DNA of 64,000 nucleotides from Tubiluchus corallicola (lineage: Eukaryota; Animalia; Priapulida). The notes under the pieces were generated by a model. That model worked only from the letters and a program-made list of their open reading frames with translations. It was not told the origin of the DNA and searched no databases. Both the position numbers and the translations under genes were made by a program. The first letter of the stretch is position 1; every line of letters begins with the position of its first letter. This document shows positions 53,995 to 64,000 of this stretch, piece by piece. The stretch is from positions 201,847 through 265,846 of the forward strand of contig JAQGDQ010000300.1 in NCBI GenBank assembly GCA_030141605.1. The letters run 5' to 3'.

Positions 53995-55015
53995 ACTGCC
54001 ACACTAGGATTGAAGCCTCTCTAGAAATACAAAGCCACCGAAAGCCACCACACCAGGATTCGAGCCTCTCTAGAAACATGAAACCACTGGAAGCCACCAC
54101 ACCAGGATTGGACCCGGTCTAGAAATATGAAATCACTGGAAGCCACCACACCAGGATTCAAGCCTCTATAGAAATATGAAATCACTGGAAGCCACCACAC
54201 CAGGATTCAAACCTCTCTAGAAATATGAAATCACTGGAAGCCACCACACCAGGATTCAAACCTCTCTAGAAATATGAAACCACTTGAAGCCACCACTCCA
54301 GGATTCGTGCCTCTCTAGAAATATGAAATCACTGGAAGCCACCACACCAGGATTGAAACCTCTCTAGAAACATGAAACCACTTGAAGCCACCACACCAGG
54401 ATTCAGACCTCTCTAGAAATATGAAATCACTGGAAGCCACCACTCCAGGATTCAGACCTCTCTAGAAATATGAAACCACTTGAAGCCACCACTCCAGGAT
54501 TCAGACCTCTCTAGAAATATGAAATCACTGGAAGCCACCACACCAGGATTCAGACCTCTCTAGAAATATGAAATTACTGGAAGCCACCACACCAGGATTC
54601 GTGCCTCTCTAGAAATATGAAACCACTTGAAGCCACCACACCAGGATTCAGACCTCTCTAGAAAGGTGAAACCACTTGAAGCCACCACTCCAGGATTCGT
54701 GCCTCTCTAGAAATATGAAATCACTGGAAGCCACCACACCAGGATTCAAGCCTCTCTAGAAATATGAAACCACTTGAAGCCACCACACCAGGATTCAGAC
54801 CTCTCTAGAAATATGAAACCACTTGAAGCCACCACACCAGGATTCAGACCTCTCTAGAAAGGTGAAACCACTTGAAGCCACTACTCCAGGATTCGTGCCT
54901 CTCTAGAAATATGAAACCACTAGAAGCCACCACACCAGGATTACTTCCGCTCCAGAAACATGAAACCACTTGAAGCCACCACACCAGTGTTGGAGACTGT
55001 CTAGAAATATGAAAG
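53995..55015. repeat. 49-bp minisatellite, ~21 copies
   Basis: Unit CTCTAGAAATATGAAACCACTTGAAGCCACCACACCAGGATTCAGACCT. CCAGGATT recurs at 54053, 54102 and 54151 (period 49). Confidence 0.97.
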
Positions 55016-55578
55016 CGCTGGCCCGGGAACATATAATGTAAAAATAACTTCAGCCAAAGAAAAAGTTCTCTAGAGTTAGAGTTAGCAAACAATTTTAATT
55101 CAACATTAGCTCATTAATTCAGCAGTGTGAGAAAGAGTCTTGATACTTATGAAAGCGGTAATAATGGGGGAGGAGGCACTTGTAAGATAACTTTCGATAC
55201 CTAAATTAGCAATTCGTCAAAGACTTATTAAGCAATACTTGTGCATTGCATTATAGTATTTCCATTGTACTTCACTAGCGTATTTTCCCTGTATTACTTT
55301 GCAGATGCGATGTAAGTCACACCGTTTGACTCTCTAAGACAACCTAACGCCACTCACTTTGTTTTCTATAATAGTCACTTTGCTCTTTATAAACTTTTTA
55401 ACGGTTTTGTATCAGAATTTGCTTAATTTACCACCGGTGTTTAGTAAGATTTTTCTACGAGTTTTGAATTTCATCGTGCTTATTTTTTTTTATGCCGGGC
55501 GTTTCGTTTAATCTCTCTTGTTGTTTACCTCGCAGAGGGAGCATATTGTACTTCAGGGCTGAGAATGAGTAAATGAAA

Positions 55579-55918
55579 TGTAATGTTGGCAAGGGAATAC
55601 AGTAGACTTCTCGGGTGTGCATGTGAACGTGGCTTTATCTAGCACAGACACGTTTTCTGACCTTGTGTTAGTAAAAGTTACTAGTCACGTGCACACCTGA
55701 GCTTATAAAAAGGGAAGGTCTGCTGTAGACCCTTGTCAGTGGTCGTGTCTTTCATAGCATGTACAGCTCTGTTCACATTTCTCAGGCTTTTCTCGCAAAC
55801 TCTGTTCCTGTAGGTAAGCTGGTCGTTCCTTATTAAAAGTGTAATATTCAATAATAAATTGTCATTTCGACTGACTCTATTATTCAATTTTTGTTCATGG
55901 GTGAGGCGTTGAATGACA
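55579..55918 (+). mobile_element. Possible solo LTR
   Basis: TGTAAT...ATGACA ends, TATAAAAG at ~55704, AATAAA at ~55853. No target-site duplication recognised. Confidence 0.3.
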
Positions 55919-56031
55919 TAATTAAGACATGCCACACGGTGCGGGCCGCGGTGTCATCCGTCCTGCCTCCGCTAGGAGCAGAGGGCAGTCCAATATATTA
56001 ACATCCAAATGTGAAGCTAAAACACCTCAGC

Positions 56032-56097
56032 TGTTTCAGTGTCTCGGCTTAGAGGCTAAGCGTTGATAATGAGGCAGGTCCCAGCCCAACACAAACA
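56032..56097 (+). ncRNA. Degenerate type III hammerhead-ribozyme-like fold, probably inactive
   Basis: Stem III TGTTT(CA)GTGT/ACACAAACA, GTC triplet at 56041-43, stem I GCTTAG-agg-CTAAGC, stem II GGC...GCC. The core reads ATAATGA and CAA instead of CTGATGA and GAAA. Confidence 0.35.
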
Positions 56098-57339
56098 TCC
56101 ATGTTGAGCAAGCCCCGATGTTTGAATGCCCTGCGGTGTGTGGAGTTGTATAAAACATTAATACAGTCGGAGAGTTTTAAATTTTAAATTTGTCTGGTAT
56201 GAAGTGACACCGTTACGCATGGTTAAAATCTGTACTTTTTAGACATATGTGCATTTTATGAAACCACAGTTTATGAAAATTGGTTAGTCAATAATATTGA
56301 CAATAATTATAAGACTCTATAAATTTTTAAATTGTAATTATGGCAATTAAACTTTCTGTGAAAGTGTTTCTATTCTATCTGTGTTTACATTAATATTTAG
56401 CCAAAAAAGAATAAAGTAAACTATTGCTACGAATAAAAAGTGCAGTTACAAATTTACAATTTTTTATTGATTTTTTTAACTGTATCACCACAACGTGATG
56501 ACGTTTTTATAACAGCATTATCAACAAAATGAACGAATTCAACATGATAGCATATATTAACACTCCATTCTAAGTAGTCTAGCTAATGTCTATGTTACAA
56601 AAACACTGTTTTTACTAATTGGCATGGGCCCATCTAAAGTCTTCGATCAAACACCAAATTTCAGCATAATAATTTGACCAGTAATAATAAGCTGTCACTG
56701 GTTTTTCAAAACAAACAATTTCAAAATAATAGAATGTAAATTCTTAAATGCAAAGCTAAATTTGTGCATTTTTATAACGAATGTAAATGTACAGAAAACC
56801 TGCCTGATTATGAATTACACACGCTGTGGGTGTTGCATAACATTTAACAATTATTTTAACTGTTTTCAATAACTGACAAAGTTAAAAGGTTTAACAGATT
56901 TAACAGAGAATCATTTATTGAAAATTTGTGACCATTTCCAGGAGAGAAGAGATTGAAGAATTAGCTGTTTTTTGTAACTTCTATACTACGTGATTGTTTG
57001 CCATCTGCGTTTTAGTTGTTTATTCCTGTAAAAAGAAAAAAGTTCATATTTCACTACAATTGCTTTTAGTGTGTTGCCACCTTCCCAAGCAGAGTAAACG
57101 CAGTCTTCACTCAAAATCGGTGAGGTGTTTTCTTGTTGAGGGCAATTACAATTGCATGTCATGTGTGGCACAGTCACAACTTTAATCGACCAACTCAAAA
57201 CAACTGTTTCACATTTCCAAACCAGTATAGCTTGAATGGTCAATAATGGAGAAGTTTTGTATGCGCTCATTTGCTCTGCGCATGTAATCTGCGCAACAAA
57301 CAATGCCAGTAGAATCAACGTAAAGCATTCCATACATTT

Positions 57340-57683
57340 TTATTCATCCATCCATTCATTTTTAAAAAACTGGGAAAGTTAATCAATTTGAACTAGCCAA
57401 TGTCATTCCCTCAACTTTTGCTGTAGTTTTATAACTAGAATAATTAAGTGGCCAAAACTTTAAATGTGTAGACCAGACTTTTCCATCTGGGAGGTCGTGA
57501 GTTCGAAACAGCGGCCGGGAAATACCAAGATTTTAAAAATGGTTCCTGCTGTTGCCCTCCCTGGCGCGTGGTATTTAGGGTAAAATGGCTTTAATAATAG
57601 TCTCTGTTGTGTGGTTATAGTTTATTTTTAGCAGTTTTTGAGCTAATATTAATTGTTCACTCAAAAGCCGATTTTAAAAAAAG

Positions 57684-57778
<95 letters not shown>

Positions 57779-59231
57779 TATTATTATTATTATTATTATT
57801 AATATTATTATTATTATTATTATTGTTATTATTATTATTATTAATATCGTCGTCGTCGTCGTCACCATCATCATCATTATCAAATCATCATCATCAATCA
57901 TCATCATCATCAATCATCATCATCATCATCAATCATCATCATCATCAATCATCATCATCATCATCATCATCAATCATCATCATCATCATCAATCATCATC
58001 AATCATCATCATCATCATCATCATCAATCATCGTCATCATCAATCATCATCATCATCAATCATCATCATCAATCATCAATCATCATCATCATCATCAATC
58101 ATCATCACCATCACCATCACCATCATCATCCATCATCATCAATCATCAATCATCATCATCAATCATCATCATCATCATCATCAATCATCATTATCATCAA
58201 TCATCATCATCATCAATCATCATCATCAGTGGACAAAAGAACCCTGCCTTAAAGAGTAAAATTTTCAAAAAAATCTCTGAAGTCTTCTGTCAGAATAATA
58301 AAATCGATGGTTAGGTCTGCTATTAAGTTTAGAAAATAATTCATCCATTAGAATAAATAGAAAGTAAATTGTAGGGCGAATTCGTTGTGTTTCAGAAAAT
58401 TGCGCTGAAAGCTTTGACTTCCTGGGAGCAGGAACACAACGTCGCCAACACTCTAAACCAATTAATTTCTTTTAAGTAAGAAACAAATTGCCTTGTTTGT
58501 AATAGATGGCAATTCGAGAAACCGAATTTCCAAAAGAAAAAAGAGTTTACACAGTTCTTTGGCAACTGATTATATATACTTTACATATTGAGTAACGAAC
58601 CTCAGCCCACAGATGCTTATCCCAATTGGCGAAGTATCCACAGAATGTATCCGGTTCAGATCCTTGTTTGACTTCGAAGAAGACGGATGTCAAGTCGGTT
58701 CGGGGTGTCGGTTCTTGGTTAAGGTAATGCTGTAAGTATTATAGACGCATAATTAAAACTCACTTATGTTCAGTATCTAAAAATAGAGGGCTCTGCTTAA
58801 TTGCGTTTTACTAGTATCCGAATTCAAACGCGTTCTTCCATGTGCTTTTGCTGCTCAGGGTTCCAGGCTCGAATCCTGGTTGACTCGCAATTTTTTCAAT
58901 GACTTCTTTATTCAATTAGTTAATCATTGGGTTAATTGTTAAATGCATAAAGGCCTTATTAATTCTGGTTTATCGTAGTTCAATATTTAAAAATCTCTCA
59001 ATGAGTTAAGGCCCAGTTAATTTGATTATAAGCCCCTATAATAATTAAAATTGGAATTGAGCAGCTTCTGTGAAGCAGTTTTTCTACTTTGCCTAAGAAA
59101 CGTTAGCAAATTTTTTAGAAAATTTTTAAAAAACCAATAAAAATAATTAAAAATTCAATTCTTACCACTCCTAGATCGTGTGCTTTCTTCCTCTCCTCAT
59201 TCGAAGCGCCCTTTCCAACCCAGATGAATAT
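57340..59231 (-). CDS. Gelsolin/villin-family actin-binding protein, 3' exons (G6-type domain); 5' part lies beyond the window
   Basis: Exon 59231-59166 IFIWVGKGASNEERKKAHDLGV and exon 58729-58601 HYLNQEPTPRTDLTSVFFEVKQGSEPDTFCGYFANWDKHLWAE, both phase 0 and GT-AG, match the gelsolin repeat-6 signature (FxWxG...VKQGxEPxxFxGxFxxWD). The probable terminal exon is 57369-57340, FFKNEWMDE* (less certain). Minus-strand AATAAA signals near 56914 and 56463. Confidence 0.85.
57448..57585 (+). mobile_element. tRNA-derived SINE in the last intron of the gelsolin-like gene
   Basis: TGGCC A-box remnant and GAGTTCGAAAC B-box (57499), followed by ATACCAAGATTTTAAAAATGGTTCCTGCTG..CCTGGCGC, which resembles a conserved invertebrate SINE central domain. 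Confidence 0.6.
57684..58227. repeat. Compound (ATT)n and (CAT/CAAT)n microsatellite
   Basis: Direct reading. It explains the poly-Leu/Ser/His ORF. Confidence 0.97.
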
Positions 59232-59523
59232 CTGAAAATGTGCATTAAATAAACACAACTGGGAGCGTTTCTTCGACTGAAATTGGATGAATACGCAATA
59301 ACGCTTTACTCTCTATCAAATAATTCCCTTAGTCAGGTCTGTTAAGGCCAAATATTGATGAAATGGGGCTATTTACCCCACAGATGGTGCATGTATACAC
59401 ATTCGAACAATAAGACAGCATGTACAATATGTAGGTGATTTCAGGACGATTTCTCAGCTTTATGCAAGTAAAGAGTTTTTCTTATGCTTTTCTTATAAGT
59501 GTTGCGATAGCTGCTTTTAACAA

Positions 59524-60350
59524 ATTTATTTTTATTTATTTTTATTTTATTTATTTATAAACATCTATGAACTGAAGTCAAGAAACATATATGTCCATTA
59601 AAAACATCGTAAAACATATCAACAATGTACAGAAAGTAAAATTACTGCTAAAAGTAGAAAATATATAGTATATGGTTAGTACAATATAAACACACAAGTA
59701 GGTGCAAATAAATTAAAAGTGCCGGTAAAAAGATTAAAACTTGATTAGTACGATAAAACTGTATAATTGTGGTAAAAATTTTAATCTTACATCATTTATG
59801 AAATCACATATTTTCTAGTAAATATTTTTTTTAATGTTTCTTAAATTTATTGATGTTTCTGGCTTGTTTTATTTTACTGGGTAAATTATTCCACATTATA
59901 CAGCACCATTATACATGGCAGAATGTTTCATAACGTTTGTTCTGCACTTAGGAAAATGGAATTTGTGGTATTGTCGAGTTTGATATGAACACATACTGTT
60001 ATTATAACTGAAAAAATGGTGATACATATTAAGCGAATGATTATTAACATATGTGTACATGAACAGGTTAGTTTGCATATCGACTATCTGGGGCATTGTC
60101 AGTATTTTCAAATTTTTAAAGAGATTGTTGGTGTGAGCTCTGTAATGCGAGTGCGTCATTAGACGGATCAGCTTTTTTGAACTTTTAATAAGCTTTCTAA
60201 GGTATCTGCATACGTATTACCCCATACTATACTGCAATAACCAAAGTAAGGATATGCAAACGTATAATACAGCTGTTTATAAGTAGATAAATCTAAAATT
60301 TTATAACATTTTTTGAAAATTCCAACTACTTTACTAAGTTTTGAGTACAA
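59524..60350 (-). mobile_element. 5'-truncated LINE (L2/Crack-like) RT C-terminus
   Basis: ORFs 60168-60416 (KLSKVVGIF...LYYTFAYPYFGYCSIVWGNT...LLKVQK) and 59896-60159 (HTNNLFKNLKIL...YQTR...CRTN...YNGAV) with a frameshift. (AAAT)n tail at 59524-59558. Confidence 0.88.
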
Positions 60351-60819
60351 ACGCTGGTCCTGTTCTGCTTTTTGTACATAAAGCCAGTCAAGGCAAAAAC
60401 GTACATGTATTGACAATGCTTTTGTAATACTAGAACCCTTGGGTCAAGTATATGAAAGCAAATGCAAGTGGTCCCTGCTCTTCCTAGACGAGCGCTCCGG
60501 GGTACTCCTGCGCGAAAACAAAAAGAGATTTTCGTTCCAAGCTTCAGAAACAGTCTTAGAAAAGAGTGACTGAACCAACAGAGGTGGCAAACTTCACAAA
60601 AGGACTGCGACAGTTTATGATGTCGAGCAGAATATTAGACTAGTCATGTTTTCCTAAGCTCTGCCTAGCCAAACAAGTCCAATAACTAAACTGTTACAAA
60701 GGCAATAAACTGTCCTTTAATTATGTTGCCTCAACTGGTGGTATTTAAATTAAATTCAATACAATTCACATTTTTATTTCACACTTAAAATCCATATAAT
60801 TTAAATAAAATATATATTA

Positions 60820-61680
60820 TTTAATTTACGGCACAGTTCTTGAACATTATGCACGAACGGTATAGTTCTTGGACATATAGAAATAACAGCGCAGTTGTTA
60901 GACGTTATGAATTAATGGCGCAGCTCTTTGAAATTATCAATTAAAGGCGTCAATTAACTGCACAGTTCTTAGACATTGTGAATTAACAGCACAGTCTTTG
61001 ACGTTACGAATTAATGTCATAGTTCTTGAACGTTATGAATTAATGGCACGGCTCTTTGAAATTATCAATTAAAGGCACAATTATTGGACGTCAATTAACT
61101 GCACAGTTCTTGGATATTGTGAATTAACAGCACAGGTCTTTGACGTTATTAATTAATGACACAGTTATTGGATTCCAATTAGCCACAAGTATTTCGATAT
61201 TATGAATTAACCATACAGCTTTTGAACATTATCAATGAATAGCACAGTTCTTGGACGCTATGAACCAACGACACAGTCCTGATCGGATATGAATTAATGG
61301 CACAGTTCTTTTGACAATATGAAATTAATGACACAGTTCTTTTGACAATATGAATTAACGGCACAGTTCTTAGACATTAAGAATTAACAGCACAGTCTTG
61401 GACGTTATGAATTAATGACACAGTTCTTGGACAGCTTAAATTAATGGCACACTTCTTGGACATTATTGATTATAACAAGAACATTATCAGTTAAAAGTAT
61501 AGTTGTTCAGTTAAAGGTTCGATTCTTAGACATTATTAGACAACAGCGCGGTTCTTTGACACTATTAATTAAAGGCATAATTCTTCGACATTATCAACAC
61601 GATTCTTAAGCATTAGGAATTAAGTGCATAATTTGTAAACATCGTCAGTTAAGGTCACAGTTACTGAACGTTATCGATTA
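60820..61680. repeat. Degenerate ~29-bp minisatellite, ~29 copies
   Basis: Consensus TTATGAATTAAYRGCACAGTTCTTGGACA, with a visible higher-order duplication. Confidence 0.9.
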
Positions 61681-61857
61681 ATAATGCCACTGTTCCATAT
61701 TTCCAGCATCTTTTACCGTTATTATCAGGAGAGAAAGAATTACTAGAAACACCACAAGATAAATAGATAATCTGTCTTGATGGTCTTGACATTAAACATC
61801 AACGTGGTTTGCTATGTGCAAGAGCCAATTGCGTTAGTAGGTTAGATGTTACACCTC

Positions 61858-62930
61858 TGGCCGATTTCCCGGGGGGGGTGGGGATTTCCCCGGGGGGGTG
61901 GGGAAAAACACCCCTAAAAAAGTGCGAAAATCCGGAAACACCCCTAAAAAAGTGAAGTGGCTCTATTGTCGTGCTAGTTAAGTGACCAATTTAAGGATTA
62001 GGAGTGACGGTTGGTCGATGGGCCACGCCCCCCTCGGCTGCCGGGGGTGGGAACAAAAATCACCCCCTAAAAAAAGTGAAGCGGGTCTATTGTTGCGCTA
62101 GTTAAGTGCTCGATTTAAGGATTAGGAGTGACGGTTGGAACTCCCGCACGCTTTGGGGGGGGTGCGCCCGGCGAGAACACCCCCCCCCTCCGCGCTAAAT
62201 GCAGTCGTCCGTTCGACGCGCGCTCGCTGCGCACTTTGCTTGCTCCACCCTAATTGTGGCTAATCCGGTAATCGACTCTCGCCTCGCCGCCTAGCTAGCT
62301 AGCTAGATAATGGGCTAAAAGATTTCTCTACAGGATGTTCTTTTATGCGAGTCTAAATTGCAACATACAGTCTACTCACACGCGCACACACCGCCGAGCA
62401 CGATTGTTAGCACGGGCCGACCATTAGCACGAACGTTACCGCGTGTAACATACAGTCTACTCACTCGTCGCCGAGCATGATTAATTTCTGGGTTTCTTTA
62501 TTTTTTTGTCAACTGTATCCAACGATGATGATGATGACGACGACGATGATGATGATGATGACGCGGTATTACCTAAAGCAGAGTCTGATCTTTGGTCGTC
62601 ATCCACTTTTTTTATCCGACAGAACAATAATAACTAATGTTAGTTAAAATTATCTTTTCATTTTGTAAAAATCTTTCTATCTGTACTAACTCGCATGTTT
62701 AAACCCGCAACGAATGCACTCATCCGATCAGACGCCAAGGCAGGCACGCCTCTATTTTGTAAAAATCTTTCTATCTGTACTAACTCGCATGTTTAAACCC
62801 GCAACGAATGCACTCATCTGATCAGACGCCAAGGCAGGCACGTGTCTATTGCTTAATCCGGTAATTGACTCGACTACCTGGCTAATGAGGACTTAATCCG
62901 TTAATTGACTTGCTAGACGTGACACCCGCG
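61858..62930. repeat. GC-rich composite of direct repeats, probably an unclassified mobile element end
   Basis: G-run repeats at 61861-61903; ~75-bp repeat at 61940 and 62061; AACATACAGTCTACTCAC at 62382 and 62447; 94-bp tandem duplication 62660-62850; TAATCCGKTAATYGACT three times. Confidence 0.6.
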
Positions 62931-63707
62931 GCTATTTAAGTGCGTGTACCTGTTTTTTTTAAAAAGCCCGTTGGAATGTACAGCAAGCAGACAGTAGGAC
63001 AGCTGCCGTCTAGATAAAATTGAATGCCTGCAGCCTTCTAGTCTGCACGCTTTCAACGAGTCAGTATTTTTTTAGGTGAGGATATATATATATATAATCC
63101 CAAAAACTCACAAGTTGCATTAGCCACATTTTTATTGAAAGATTTCTTTTTTTGACAATAGGGTATTTAAAATTTTACTTTTATCTAGACTAGATGTACA
63201 AAGAGAAAAAAAACTGAGGCGCTTTACTATTAGACTAAAATTGCCAGAGACTGAAGTGTATTTACTTTTTAAAATATTCATTTATCTTTATCCCGATGGG
63301 GTGTACCCTTACTATTTAAAAAATATTCATTTATCTTTATCCTGGTCGGATGCTTTCTTCCGGTTGACAAAAACGATGTTGGGTGGGGGACCCATGCTCG
63401 TTGATGACGCCACTGTTGTTGTTGTTGTTGCTGTCGATGTTGTTGATGTTAGCGGTGGCGGCATATTGCTAGCAGACGCGACCCGAACGTTGACATTGTG
63501 CTGCTGCTGCTGCTGCTGCTGCTGCTGTAATCTCGACGGTGGTGGTGGTGGTGGCGTCGGTGACGCTGTTTTAGGTACAGCTGCTGTTCTAGTCATCATT
63601 CTAGCAGTGACGATTGGAAGGTGATGCAATCTCGGCGGTGGCAGCACTGCTGCTGCTGCTGCTGGTGCTGTCACAGTCATCTTGGTGCTAGGTACGACCT
63701 GGTCCTC

Positions 63708-63708
63708 G

Positions 63709-63744
<36 letters not shown>

Positions 63745-63879
63745 CCTTTCTCTCTCTTTCTCTCTCTCTCTCTTTCTCCCTCTCTCTCTCTCCCTTCCCT
63801 CCCTCTCTATCTCTTTCTCTCTCTCTCTCTTTCACTCTCTCTTTCTCTCTCTTACTCTCTCTCTCTCTCTCCCCCCTCT

Positions 63880-63910
<31 letters not shown>
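63708..63910. repeat. (CT)n microsatellite
   Basis: Direct reading. Confidence 0.95.
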
Positions 63911-64000
63911 GCAATGCATTGCACATTTTACAGCTGTACAATTATTGTAATTCTTGACCTTTTAATCAGAAATCTCGTAGGAAATCTCATGCTAGAGTTA

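Noticed and set aside
53995-55015. CRISPR array
   Set aside because: Units are contiguous 49-bp repeats with no unique spacers, there are no cas genes, and the context is eukaryotic.
55950-56026. HDV-like ribozyme (GGTGT ... GCTAAA-ACACC)
   Set aside because: A P2-like pairing and J4/2-like GCTAA exist, but no consistent P1/P3/P1.1 could be built.
58245-58460. Villin headpiece or alternative terminal exons of the gelsolin-like gene
   Set aside because: Candidate acceptors give either an immediate stop or peptides without the headpiece signature, and their pyrimidine tracts are weaker than at 57370.
60820-61680. CRISPR-like ~29-bp repeats
   Set aside because: No spacers; this is a degenerate tandem minisatellite.

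Overview
AT-rich, intron-containing eukaryotic DNA, most likely an invertebrate animal. It is not prokaryotic and has no CRISPR array, rRNA or operon. Splicing by hand gives four genes. (1) A USF3/KIAA2018-like bHLH transcription factor (+, 4087-12857, 4 coding exons with a 5.6-kb terminal exon, ~1958 aa). (2,3) Two tandem, intact 15-exon SLC5 sodium/solute symporter paralogs of the SMCT/NIS/SMVT clade (+, 21829-34056, 621 aa; +, 37681-53105, 610 aa). (4) The 3' end of a convergent gelsolin/villin-family gene (-, exons 59166-59231, 58601-58729 and probably 57340-57369), which the ORF track misses. Introns and intergenic DNA carry LINE remnants, at least three TTAA-flanked (Kolobok-like) MITE families, other MITEs, a 1.5-kb foldback element, tRNA-derived SINEs, long microsatellites and two minisatellites. 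The most notable observations are: a 49-bp tandem array whose units carry Pol III A-box/B-box-like motifs; a degenerate type III hammerhead-like fold; a 117-codon in-frame extension behind the likely gelsolin stop; a GC-AG intron in only one SLC5 paralog; and a MITE end that forms a 3' splice-site pyrimidine tract. None of these is proven to be a new system. All coordinates were read by eye.
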